Positions 1 to 9,280 of a stretch of 64,000 bases of DNA are shown here, piece after piece (position 1 is the first letter of the stretch; each line of letters starts with the position of its first letter). The translations under genes and the position numbers were made by a program. The DNA is from an uncultured delta proteobacterium (GTDB lineage Bacteria; Myxococcota; Myxococcia; Myxococcales; Myxococcaceae). The stretch is from contig CAVQKE010000004.1 in the NCBI GenBank assembly GCA_963713045.1, positions 640,001 through 704,000 of the forward strand. The letters run 5' to 3'. The notes under the pieces are model-generated. The model did not search any database and had not been told where the DNA came from. It saw only the letters and a list, made by a program, of their open reading frames with translations.

Positions 1-100
1 GGCTGATGTCGCGGGCGCGTGCCGTGTAAGGCACACCTCCCACATATTTGTTGAGAAGGATGTCGAGGGCCGCCCGGCCCGACCTGCGCTGTTCGTCCAT
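1..100 (-). CDS. PilZ-domain protein, N-terminal part (runs off the window)
   Basis: Not in the ORF track. ATG at 100 reads MDEQRRSGRAALDILLNKYVGGVPYTARARDIS, with the RxxxR and D-I-S c-di-GMP motifs of PilZ domains. Confidence 0.7.
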   Translation of the reverse strand, partial: MDEQRRSGRAALDILLNKYVGGVPYTARARDIS

Positions 101-238
101 GCCACCAACGGTAGGGCCGCCAGCCGAACGGTCAAGAAAGCGTCCGCGGGCAAAAGCCCCCCGGCGGCTGCACTTTTGGGCTAAACGAGCGCGCGTGCTG
201 GGGGTATGGCCTCCAGCAACGAAAGGACTTCCCCGCCA

Positions 239-1003
239 ATGCATTCGAAGCCGTTGTTTCTCCTCGCCTCGCTGGCCCTGGCCAGTCCGAGCCTCGCCGC
301 GGCTCCCGACGGCGGCGTCCCGGTGCCCAAGCCCGAGGTGCCGGTCGGGCCGCTGAAGACCGCCGACGACAAATCGCTCTACGTGCTCGCCTACGCGACC
401 GCTCGCAACTGGGAGGTGCTGAATCTCTCCAAGGCCGAGCAGGACATCATGAAGAAGGGCATCGCTGACGCACTTGCCGGCACCAAGCCCTTGGTGGCGC
501 TGCAGGACTACGGACCGCGCATCAAAGCACTGGTGGAAGCGCGCCAGCCGCTGGCCGCAGCAGCGCGCGTGAAGAAGGACCAACCTTTTCTCGACAAGAT
601 GGCGAAGGAGAAGGGGGCGCAGAGCAGCCCGGACGGCCTGGTGTACATCTCCGTGGTGGAGGGAACGGGGGCCCAGCCCAAGAGCAATGAGGTCGCCCGA
701 GTGCAGTACCGCGGGACCTTCGTCGACGGGAATGAATTCGACAGCACCTACCGCAAGGGACAGCCCGCTGAGCTGCCGCTCGACCACGTCATTCCCTGCT
801 GGTCGGAAGGCGTGCAGAAGATGAAGGTCGGTGGAAAGGCCAAGTTCGCCTGTCCGGCCTCCATTGGCTACAAGGACAAGGGCGAGCCGCGGGGCGGAAT
901 TCCGGGTGGGGCGGCGCTGGTCTTCGAGGTGGAATTGCTCGAAGTGAAGCCGCCGCTGCCGCCGCCGGCACCGACGCCCGGCATGCCAGCGGCGCCCAGG
1001 TAG
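239..1003 (+). CDS. FKBP-type peptidyl-prolyl cis-trans isomerase (FkpA/Mip-like, exported)
   Basis: Signal peptide MHSKPLFLLASLALA; FKBP motifs VQYRGTFVDGNEFDS, VIPCWSEGVQKMKVGGK and LVFEVELLEV. Confidence 0.93.
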   Translation: MHSKPLFLLASLALASPSLAAAPDGGVPVPKPEVPVGPLKTADDKSLYVLAYATARNWEVLNLSKAEQDIMKKGIADALAGTKPLVALQDYGPRIKALVEARQPLAAAARVKKDQPFLDKMAKEKGAQSSPDGLVYISVVEGTGAQPKSNEVARVQYRGTFVDGNEFDSTYRKGQPAELPLDHVIPCWSEGVQKMKVGGKAKFACPASIGYKDKGEPRGGIPGGAALVFEVELLEVKPPLPPPAPTPGMPAAPR

Positions 1004-1014
1004 CCCCGCAATAA

Positions 1015-1065
1015 CGAAGCCCGAGGACTTCTCGCCTCTGACAGAGGAGAGCGCCTCGGGCTTCG
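1015..1065. terminator. Long hairpin between convergent FKBP and cspA (bidirectional terminator)
   Basis: CGAAGCCCGAGG...CCTCGGGCTTCG outer stem with an inner CCTCTG-a-CAGAGG stem. Confidence 0.7.
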
Positions 1066-1126
1066 GACGTTGCGAAGTGTTCAGCGCGCGAGCGCGCCCC
1101 CTTCCGACGTCTTGCTCAAACGGACG

Positions 1127-1330
1127 TCAGACGGGTCGGACGTTCTGAGCCTGCAGCCCCTTCGGGCCTTTGACGACCTCGAAGGTGACCTTCTGCCCTT
1201 CCGCCAGAGTCCGGAATCCATCCGATTGGATAGCGGTGTGGTGACAAAAGACGTCTTCTCCGCCACCTTCCTGCGTGATGAAACCGAAGCCCTTCGCGTC
1301 GTTGAACCACTTCACAGTACCAACTGCCAT
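1127..1330 (-). CDS. cspA: Cold-shock protein
   Basis: [15 protein letters not shown] (RNP1), DVFCHH (RNP2), [10 protein letters not shown]; 67 aa. Confidence 0.97.
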   Translation of the reverse strand: MAVGTVKWFNDAKGFGFITQEGGGEDVFCHHTAIQSDGFRTLAEGQKVTFEVVKGPKGLQAQNVRPV

Positions 1331-1414
1331 TGCTGTTGCCTTCTTTCAGTGCTGGCCCGGGAATGAGCCCCGGGCCGTCCCTCGCCCGGGTCTTCCCGAG
1401 CGCAAGGTCGCGGC

Positions 1415-1443
1415 GTCATAAGAGCCGACAGGCTGGAAGTCAA
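1415..1443 (-). promoter_or_regulatory. Putative sigma70 promoter of cspA
   Basis: TTGACT-17 nt-TATGAC on the minus strand, leaving a 5' UTR of about 80 nt. Confidence 0.55.
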
Positions 1444-1466
1444 TTCCCTTTAGAGGGATTCCACTT

Positions 1467-3285
1467 TCACCATCCGCAGCGGCGCCCCTTGTTCTGTTCA
1501 GCCAGCCAGGCCTGTAGGGGCCCGAAGTACTCAAGTAGCGCCCCCCCGTCCATCTTGCGTTCCCCAGTAAGGGCCTGCAGGGCATCCGGCCAGGGGCGGC
1601 TTGCCCCGAGGGCGAGCATCGCTTCAAGGCGCTGCCCCGCCTCCTTGCTGCCATAAATGCTGCAACTGTGCAGCGGGCCTTGGAAGCCAGCAGCCCGACA
1701 CAACGCCCGGTGAAACTGAAACTGCAGCACCCTCGCTAGGAAATAGCGCGCGTAGGGCACATTGGCCGGCACGTGGTACTTGGCGCCCGGGTCAAAGTCC
1801 GCCTCCGTCCGAGGCACAGGGGGCGCAATCCCCCCGTCTCGCAGACGAATGGCCCACCAGCCTGCGTTCAACTGGCTGGAGGGAATTTTGCCGCTGAAGA
1901 CATTCCAGCGGTACTGGTCGATGTCCTTACCGAATGGCAGGAAGGCCACTTTGTCCAGGGCCACCTTCATCTGTTGGTTGATGAGGGCGCGCTCGTTGAC
2001 CGGCGGTACGACGTCGAGGATGCCCACCTGCTGGTAGTAGCTCGGGTTCACCGAAAGGGCGATGGCGTCACCGATGGCTTCGTGGAAGCCGTCATTGGCT
2101 CCTGCTTGGAAGAGTACCGGGAGTTGGTAGTAGGCGTGGAAATAGTAGTCGTGCCCCAGTTCATGGTGAATGGTGACCAGGTCTTCCTCCTGCACCTTGA
2201 TGCACATCTTCACGCGCAAGTCGTTGTGGTAGGTGACGTCCCAAGCCGAGGCGTGGCAGACGACTTCGCGGTCAGCCGGCTTTCTAAACATCGAGCGCTG
2301 CCAGAACGTCTCCGGAAGCTTGTCGAGGCCGAGTGAGACGTAGAAGGCCTCGCCACGCTTCACCATCTTGATGGGGTCATAGCCCTTGGCCTCGAGCGCC
2401 GAGGTGATGTCGAGGTTGCTGACACCCTTGTAGGGTTCGACCAGGGGGAAGATGTTTCCCCATTCCTGGGCCCACATGTTTCCCAGGATGTGAGCTGGAA
2501 TGGGAGCTCCGTCGGGAATGCGCTCCTTGCCGTAGACGTCCTGCAGCTTGGCCCTCACGTAGCAGTGGAGGGCCTCGTAGAGGGGCTTCACCTGAGCCCA
2601 AATGCGCTCCGTCTCCTGCTCGAACTCGGCCGGCGACATGTCATAGGCGCTCCGCCAGAGGTCGCCCAAATTGGCGAAGCCGTTGTCGCGCGCACCCTGG
2701 TTGGCAAGCCCGACGAAGCGCAGGTAGAGGGGGCGAATCTGCGCCCCCAGCGCATGCCACCCCGTCCAGGCGTCAAGCAACGCGTCCCAGTCCCGGCTGT
2801 GGGCCATGGTGTCGGAGAGCTGCTCCAAATCGCGGCACGGCCCTTTTCCGTCCTTCCCGCAGTATCTTGCCCTTGCCGTAGATGCCCTCCATCTTGTCGA
2901 CCAGCTCAGACAGCTCCTTGCGGGCTTTGGGGTCGTTGGGCGCAAGCAGCGTGTTGTTGACCCGCAGCAGGTACAACATCCGCCTTGTCTCCGAGTCGAG
3001 CTTCAAACCTTGGAACCGCTGCGCGTCCCGCAGCGCGTGCGCGGTGTAGGCCAAGACAGCGTCGTCGGCGTCTGCAGCCAAACGCTCGGTGTCGTCCGTG
3101 ATGTAGGTGCTCTTGACCCACTGCGCGGTCTGGTCGCGCACGTACAAGTCGAGCAGGTCGGCGTTCAGCTTCTGAACGAAGGCCTGGGCCTGCTCGGCCG
3201 TGGGGGCTTTGGGCTTGCTCGGCGCGGCGTTTACCTCAAAGGCCATCAGGGCGAGCGACACCGCCAGTGTCCGAGAAAGCGTCAT
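1467..3285 (-). pseudogene. M2-family peptidyl-dipeptidase (ACE-like), split by a +1 frameshift near 2866 (true pseudogene or sequence error)
   Basis: ORF 2773-3285 gives the signal peptide and N-terminus up to MEGIYGKGK. ORF 1467-2945 continues YCGKDGKGPC and contains HILGNMWAQ, HHELGH and GFHEAIGD. One extra A lies at aag-a-tac. Confidence 0.9.
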
Positions 3286-3365
3286 CAGGACTTGGCACCC
3301 TACCAGCCGCCCCTTGCGGATAGGGCGCTTTTGCAGCGCCCGCCGCTGGACAGCCGAGCAGCCTC

Positions 3366-3888
3366 ATGCCCAGCCTTCGTTTCGTGGCTTCTACCGAGCT
3401 CTACCTCATCCGACACGGACTGGCCGGGGATGCGACGACCGGCAGCGACGACGGACGACGGCCGCTGACGTCGGCTGGCCGCAGGCGGACTCGGGCCGTC
3501 GCCAAGCGTCTTGGCGAGGTGGGCCTCCATGTTCAGCTGCTGCTGAGTAGCCCGCTGGTGCGCGCCTGGCAGACCGCCGAGCTTCTCCAGCACCAGGGCC
3601 TGTGCGACCGCCTGGAGGAGTCCACGCTGCTGGCGCCGGGGGGCGACTTTCGGGAGTGGCTCGCCTGGTTCAGCCGTTGGCGCCGCCGGGCCGCACACCA
3701 GCGCCTTGGGCTGGTGGGGCACATGCCGGCGCTGGGCGCCTGGGCCGAAACCCTCGTGTGGGGCGAGGCCAACCAAAGAATTGTCCTCAAGAAGGCCGGA
3801 GTCGTGGGCCTCACCCTCCCCCTCCCGGGGCTCGCCCGTCGGCCGCAGCCTGCTTTTCCTTCTCGCGGGTCCGCGGTACCTCATCTAA
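3366..3888 (+). CDS. sixA: Phosphohistidine phosphatase SixA, apparent frameshift in the C-run near 3817-3827
   Basis: LYLIRHG, RPLT, SSPLVRAWQTA and LVGHMP motifs. The natural C-terminus SPVGRSLLFLLAGPRYLI* is in another frame and ends at 3888, 3 nt before the next ATG. Confidence 0.85.
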
Positions 3889-3891
3889 TTC

Positions 3892-4944
3892 ATGCGCGCC
3901 CTCCTCTTCCTCAAAGGCGGGATTGGCGACGTCGTCTTCGCCCTCCCGTTGGTGGGCGACCTCCGCGCCGGCTGGCCCGGCGTCGAGCTTTGGGTTCTCA
4001 CCCACACACAAGGCAAGGGCGTCTTGGACTTGTGCCCGGACGTCGCCCGCACCTTGTCCTACGGTCCGCTCTCGGCCGAGCCGACGTTTGGCGCTTTGCG
4101 TGCAGCGTTGGGGGGCGAGCGCTTCGATGCGGCCCTGACGCCGGTGCGCTCGCCTCGGGCGGCGTGGCTGCTGTGGAGGAGCGGCGCGCCTCTCCGCGCC
4201 GGCTTCCAAGGTGGGCCCGAGGCCTTCCTCTACACGCACCGAGCGCCAGTCCACCCTGTGGAAGTGGCCTTTTCCCGGCGCTTTGAACGGCTGGCCGCCG
4301 CGCTGGGCCTGCCCGTTCTCGGCCGTCCAGCACCTCTCCTCGTCTCCGCGCAACGGCGCCAGCGTGCCGCGGAAGCACTGCGGACAGCGGGATGGGACGG
4401 CGAGGCCCCGCTTGTCGCGCTGCACGCCGGCGGCGGCTGGCCGACCAAGCAGTGGCCAGTCGAGCACGCCGCAGCACTGGCGAGCGCGCTCGCTCGGCGT
4501 CATGGCCTGCGGACGCTGTTGGTCGGCGGAGAGGCGGACCGGCCGCGCGCCGAGGCCATGGCTGCCCAAAGTGGCGGTGCCGCGCTGGTGCAGGTGGGAA
4601 TTCCCGTCGAAGAAGTGCTCGCGCAGCTGGACTGGTGCACGGCCTCGGTGGGCCTCGACTCCGGCCTTTCGCACGCGGGTGTGGCGCTGGGGCTTCCAAC
4701 GGTGTCCCTGTTTGGGCCCAACGAGCCGGCCAGCATCGTCCTTGCCCCCACCCAGCGACTGCTGGTCCAGGAGGGCCTTTCCTGTCGGCCTTGCAACCGC
4801 CTTGGGAAACGGGGCTGCCCAGTCGGACACCACCGCTGCATGCGCGACACGACGCCGGCGCAGGTGCTGGCTGCACTTGAGCCCTTGCTTGCCCTGGGCG
4901 AGGTGCGGCTTCGGGAACGGGCGATGGCGGTGCGCTTCGGCTGA
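3892..4944 (+). CDS. Glycosyltransferase family 9 (LPS heptosyltransferase-like)
   Basis: GGIGDVVFALP, TKQWP, GLDSGLSH, TVSLFGP and the C-terminal CRPC...CPVGHHRCMRD motif. Confidence 0.92.
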   Translation: MRALLFLKGGIGDVVFALPLVGDLRAGWPGVELWVLTHTQGKGVLDLCPDVARTLSYGPLSAEPTFGALRAALGGERFDAALTPVRSPRAAWLLWRSGAPLRAGFQGGPEAFLYTHRAPVHPVEVAFSRRFERLAAALGLPVLGRPAPLLVSAQRRQRAAEALRTAGWDGEAPLVALHAGGGWPTKQWPVEHAAALASALARRHGLRTLLVGGEADRPRAEAMAAQSGGAALVQVGIPVEEVLAQLDWCTASVGLDSGLSHAGVALGLPTVSLFGPNEPASIVLAPTQRLLVQEGLSCRPCNRLGKRGCPVGHHRCMRDTTPAQVLAALEPLLALGEVRLRERAMAVRFG

Positions 4945-4962
4945 GGCCCACGTCGGGCCTCA
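4942..4962. terminator. Short hairpin joining the convergent stop codons of GT9 and the S8 protease
   Basis: TGAGGCCC-acgtc-GGGCCTCA; each arm contains one of the two stop codons. Confidence 0.4.
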
Positions 4963-6114
4963 TTTGCTCTGCAGGTGGAGTGCCGCCTCCACGGCCGTCC
5001 GCGGGCGGACCACGCCCCAACCTTGTCGGTCGACGCTGATGCCCGAGACGCGCTCGGCCGTCTTCAGCAGCAGGCGCTTCACCTGGCCCGGCGTGAGGCC
5101 AGGGTTGGCTTCCAGCATCTGGGCTACCACCGAGGTGACGATGGGTGCAGCGAAACTGGTCCCGTCGACGCGCTTGTAGTGCTCGTCGATGACGGAACCA
5201 TCATGCAGGCCGGCGGCGATGACCTGGCGAATGAGGTAGGTCGGTCGGCCTTCCACAGCGTCGAGGGGGGCAAAAAGGCCGCGGTTTTCGGCGATGAGCG
5301 CGTTCAGCTCGCCGTCGGCTGCCGCGTCAAGCCTCGCCAAGAGAGCGGCCTCCCGTGCGGTCGGCGTTCCAGGAAGGATGGGGGCTGCGACGAAGTCCGC
5401 CAGGGTGATGATTTCCGGCTTCTGGACGCCGTCGATGGTGGGTCCATGCGACGAACGGTAAGGGAGCAGCCGCCCGAGGCTCGGGTCTCCGAAGTCGTTG
5501 ACCCCGCCCACACTGATGACCGCCGGCACGCTGGCCGGGGGCACCACGTAGCCCGGGCGGTCTCCGTTGTTGCCCACTGCAGCCACCACCACGATGCCCG
5601 CCCGGATGGCTGCCTCGGCAAAGCGTGACAGCGTGTCCTCGAGGTAACTCACCTCGTAGTCTCCACCGCAGGAAATGTTGAGAATGCGGATGTCATAGCG
5701 GGGGCGGTTCACCAACACCCACTCAATTCCCCGGGCGATGTCGTCGTGGTGCACGCGTGAAAGCGTCCCGACCTTCACCAGCACCAGGCCCAGCTCGGGA
5801 GCGAGCGAGCGGTAGCGGCCGCCGGAGAGAGCGCCGTTACCGGCCGCTACCACGCTGGACATCATCCCATGCCAGCTCGAGGCATCGACTTGGCTGAGGT
5901 GCTCCACCCCGGACTTTCGGCCAATGAGGTCGACGTAGCCATGAATTCGGCTGTGCGGTCGGGTGAGGTCGGGATGGGCGTAGAAGCCGGCGTCGAGAAA
6001 GGCTGCCACCACCCCCCTGCCGGTGAAGCGGGGGTCGGCGTCAAGCCTTTGGGCAACCGAGAGGGGCGCCGCCGCCGGCGCGATGGGGAGAACGGAGCGG
6101 GGAGCGGTGCTCAT
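4960..6114 (-). CDS. S8 subtilisin-family serine protease (AprX-like, no signal peptide)
   Basis: Catalytic D (FLDAG), H (WHGMM), oxyanion N (AAVGN) and S (DGTSFAAP); no hydrophobic N-terminus. Confidence 0.9.
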   Translation of the reverse strand: MSTAPRSVLPIAPAAAPLSVAQRLDADPRFTGRGVVAAFLDAGFYAHPDLTRPHSRIHGYVDLIGRKSGVEHLSQVDASSWHGMMSSVVAAGNGALSGGRYRSLAPELGLVLVKVGTLSRVHHDDIARGIEWVLVNRPRYDIRILNISCGGDYEVSYLEDTLSRFAEAAIRAGIVVVAAVGNNGDRPGYVVPPASVPAVISVGGVNDFGDPSLGRLLPYRSSHGPTIDGVQKPEIITLADFVAAPILPGTPTAREAALLARLDAAADGELNALIAENRGLFAPLDAVEGRPTYLIRQVIAAGLHDGSVIDEHYKRVDGTSFAAPIVTSVVAQMLEANPGLTPGQVKRLLLKTAERVSGISVDRQGWGVVRPRTAVEAALHLQSK

Positions 6115-6201
6115 CGGAGGTGGGTCCCCCTCTTATCGCGACAGGGCCACGGAGGGGCTGACACCATCAGTCGCTCTGGGGTACTCCAATGGTTCCAGCT
6201 T

Positions 6202-7110
6202 ATGGAGCCCCTCCGACTCAGCCTCGTCGACATGAACAACGGGGTGCCCAACGAGGCGGTCCGCTGTTTCCGAAGGTTACTGGAGGCGTTCTCGGCGCGG
6301 GTCCGTCTGGCCAACCCCCGGCTGTCGGTGGTGCTCGAGCGCGTCCAGCCTCGAAATCTCGGCGAGCTGCCCTCGCGACATTCCGACCTCATCCTGTCCT
6401 CCGGTGGACCGGGCTCGCCCCACGATGGCTGGGACGAAGCATGGTGCACCGGGTACCGCATCTTTTTGGACAGCATTCTCGACCGGAATGCGCAGGACCC
6501 CGAGCGGGCGCCGCGTGCGCTGGTGGTGTGTCACTCCTTTGAAATTGCCATCCAGCACTTTCGCTTCGCTGAGATGACTCGACGTCAGGAGCTGAAGTTC
6601 GCGATTTTTCCGGCGTACCTGACCGAAGAGGGCACCCGGTCCGACTTTCTCCAGCCCTTCGGCGAGCGGCTCTTCGTCTGGGAGCACCGGCGCTACCAGG
6701 CGGTGGGCCTCGACGCCCACCGGCTTCGGGACCAACAGGGCGCGGTGCTCGCGTTGGAGAGTCGTCCCGGCCGTGACGACAAGGGGAAGGCGTTGCTGGC
6801 GTTGCGCTTCGGACCGGGACTGGACGGAACCCAGTTCCACCCGGAGGCGGACCGACCGGGCGTTCTCGCGTGGATCCTCCGCCCGGAGCACACTGCCGCA
6901 CTCCAGGACGCCTATGGGCACTCGCTCCTCGAGCGGATGATGAAGACGCTGGACGACCCGGCCCGGCTCGCTCGGACCTACGCCCTGCTCATCCCAGGAT
7001 GGCTGACCTCCCGCTTTAACTGGCTCGCGCAGGCGCGCGGCCTGCGGCCGATTCCGCCTCCGGTGCAGAGCGTCCGCGACTTTGAAGCCCGGGTGCCATT
7101 GGCCTCGTAG
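6202..7110 (+). CDS. Class I glutamine amidotransferase-like protein
   Basis: SSGGPGSP oxyanion strand, VVCHSFE nucleophile elbow and TQFHPEAD His-x-Glu; start taken at MEPLRLSLVDM. Confidence 0.85.
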   Translation: MEPLRLSLVDMNNGVPNEAVRCFRRLLEAFSARVRLANPRLSVVLERVQPRNLGELPSRHSDLILSSGGPGSPHDGWDEAWCTGYRIFLDSILDRNAQDPERAPRALVVCHSFEIAIQHFRFAEMTRRQELKFAIFPAYLTEEGTRSDFLQPFGERLFVWEHRRYQAVGLDAHRLRDQQGAVLALESRPGRDDKGKALLALRFGPGLDGTQFHPEADRPGVLAWILRPEHTAALQDAYGHSLLERMMKTLDDPARLARTYALLIPGWLTSRFNWLAQARGLRPIPPPVQSVRDFEARVPLAS

Positions 7111-7183
7111 GCCCCGCCTTCTGGTATGTCGGTGAATAGGCGATGGGCCGGCTTTCCGGGGCCCGAGGGAGGACTGACGGGGG

Positions 7184-8164
7184 ATGACCGAACGGATTGG
7201 AATTCTCGTAGGCCAGGAGCAAAGCTTTCCCCAGGCCTTCATCGCCAAGGTGAATGAGACGCCCGGCTTTCGCGCCGAGTACGCACGGGTCGGCGGAACG
7301 CCGGAGCGATTTCACTCTCCCTACCGCGTGTTGGTGGACCGCATCAGCCACGAGGTGCCCTTCTACCGCTTCCACCTGAAGGCGGCCTCGCTGGGAGGGG
7401 CGTACGTCGTCAACGACCCGTTTTGGTGGAGCGCGGACGACAAATTCTTCGGCTATTCGCTGGCCTCGCAGATTGGGGTGACGGTCCCTCGGACGGTGAT
7501 GTTGCCCTCCAAGGCCTACGTCCCGTCCATCGACCCCAACAAGAGCCTGCGCAACCTCGAGTACCCGCTCGACTGGGAGGGCATCGCCCGGTACGTCGGC
7601 TTCCCGGCCATCCTCAAGCCAGCCGATGGCGGTGGGTGGAAAAACGTCTCACGGGTCAACAATTTGGATGAGTTGCATCGCACCTACGACGCCAGCGGCA
7701 CCCTGGTGATGACCCTTCAGCAATTCATCGACTTTGAGGATTACGTCCGCTGCATCTGCGTGGGCAAGGAGTTCATCCTCCCCATCCGCTATGACCCGAA
7801 GCAGCGCTGCTACCTGGAGAGTGAGCACTTTCTTCCCCCGGCGCTCGAATCCAAGGTGCTCGACGGCGCTTGGGCCCTGAATCACGCCCTCGGCTACGAC
7901 ATGAATTCGGTCGAGTTCGCCATCAAGGATGGCGTGGCCTACGCCATCGACTTCACCAACCCGGCACCGGACATGGACGTCAACTCCATCCTCCCGAAGC
8001 ACTTCCACATCGTCGTGGACCAGATGGCGAAGTTTGCCATCAACTGCGCTCGCGAGGGGCGCAGCAACCACGACGGCTTTGCCTTCCGCCGCTTCCTTCA
8101 GGCGCCCCATCCTCGCCCGCCCGGGCATGGCGAAGGCTTCGCCGCCAAACGAGAACGGCCGTGA
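7184..8164 (+). CDS. RimK/glutathione synthetase-like ATP-grasp ligase (paralogue A)
   Basis: DDKF, VPRTV, PAILKPADGGGW, LQQFI and VEFAIKDGVAYAIDFTN motifs. Confidence 0.87.
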   Translation: MTERIGILVGQEQSFPQAFIAKVNETPGFRAEYARVGGTPERFHSPYRVLVDRISHEVPFYRFHLKAASLGGAYVVNDPFWWSADDKFFGYSLASQIGVTVPRTVMLPSKAYVPSIDPNKSLRNLEYPLDWEGIARYVGFPAILKPADGGGWKNVSRVNNLDELHRTYDASGTLVMTLQQFIDFEDYVRCICVGKEFILPIRYDPKQRCYLESEHFLPPALESKVLDGAWALNHALGYDMNSVEFAIKDGVAYAIDFTNPAPDMDVNSILPKHFHIVVDQMAKFAINCAREGRSNHDGFAFRRFLQAPHPRPPGHGEGFAAKRERP

Positions 8165-9267
8165 TTGACGGCCAGTTCACGCTGGGCGTCGAAGAGGAAT
8201 ACCAAATCGTCCATCCCGAGACGCGCGACCTGCGTTCCTACGTCACTCAACTGATGGAGGAGGGAGGCCGCACCATCCTCCGGGAGCGGGTCCGGCAAGA
8301 GCTGCACCAGTCGATGGTGGAAGTCGGTACGACCATCTGTCAGGACGTCGGCGAGGCGCAGGCACAGCTGACGGAGATGCGAGGCGAATTGGACCGCCTG
8401 GCGCGCAAGGGCGGCCTTCGCATTGTCGCCGCCAGCACCCATCCCTTCAGCGACTGGACGACGCAGCAAATCACGGAGGCGGACCGCTACCACAACATCG
8501 TCAACGACATGCAGGACCTGGCGCGGGCCAATCTCATCTTCGGCCTGCACGTCCACGTCGGCATCAAGGACAAGCAAGTGGCGGTGGCCTTGGCCAACCA
8601 AGTCCGCTACTTCCTGCCGCACATGCTCGCCCTCTCGTGCAGCTCGCCTTTCTGGCTGGGCCGAAAGACTGGGCTGATGAGCAATCGGAGTCACATTTTC
8701 AAGCGTTTTCCGAGGACCGGCATCCCCGACGAATTCGAAAGCTATGAGCAGCTCGAGAACCTGGTCAAACTGTTGGTGAAAACGCACTGCATCGACACCG
8801 GGAAGAAGCTCTGGTGGGACGTCCGTGCGCACTACCTTTACGACACGGTGGAGATTCGCATCTGCGACATGCCCACCTCCTTGACCGACACGGTGGCGTT
8901 GGTGGCCCTGGCCCAGGCGCTGATGGCCAAGCTCTACCTGATGTACAAGCGCAACACCGCCTGGCGCAGCTACGGCCGTTCACTCATCGAGGAGAACAAG
9001 TGGCGGGCGCAGCGTTATGGGACCGACGCAATGATGATTGACTTTGGGATGCTCTGCGAGCGGCCCTTCCCGGAGCTCGCCGACGAGTTGGTGGAGTTTG
9101 TCAGCGAAGCCTCGGACCAACTCGGCACCACCGCCACGGTGCAGCACATTCGAACGATGGCGCGCGCGGGGACGTCGGCGCACCGGCAGATTGAGGTGTG
9201 GGAACGGACGCAGGACATGCGCGCGGTGGTGGACTGGTTGATTGAGGAGACCATGCGCGGCATCTAG
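8161..9267 (+). CDS. Carboxylate-amine ligase, YbdK/GCS2 family
   Basis: GTG start overlapping the upstream stop; FTLGVEEEYQ, FGLHVHVG, WWDVR, TVEIRICD and ENKWRAQRYG. Confidence 0.92.
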   Translation: MIDGQFTLGVEEEYQIVHPETRDLRSYVTQLMEEGGRTILRERVRQELHQSMVEVGTTICQDVGEAQAQLTEMRGELDRLARKGGLRIVAASTHPFSDWTTQQITEADRYHNIVNDMQDLARANLIFGLHVHVGIKDKQVAVALANQVRYFLPHMLALSCSSPFWLGRKTGLMSNRSHIFKRFPRTGIPDEFESYEQLENLVKLLVKTHCIDTGKKLWWDVRAHYLYDTVEIRICDMPTSLTDTVALVALAQALMAKLYLMYKRNTAWRSYGRSLIEENKWRAQRYGTDAMMIDFGMLCERPFPELADELVEFVSEASDQLGTTATVQHIRTMARAGTSAHRQIEVWERTQDMRAVVDWLIEETMRGI

Positions 9268-9280
9268 CGGGCCGGGGGCC

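Noticed and set aside
2855..2880. Programmed ribosomal frameshift in the ACE-like gene
   Set aside because: There is no slippery heptamer or obvious stimulatory structure; a simple indel is more likely.
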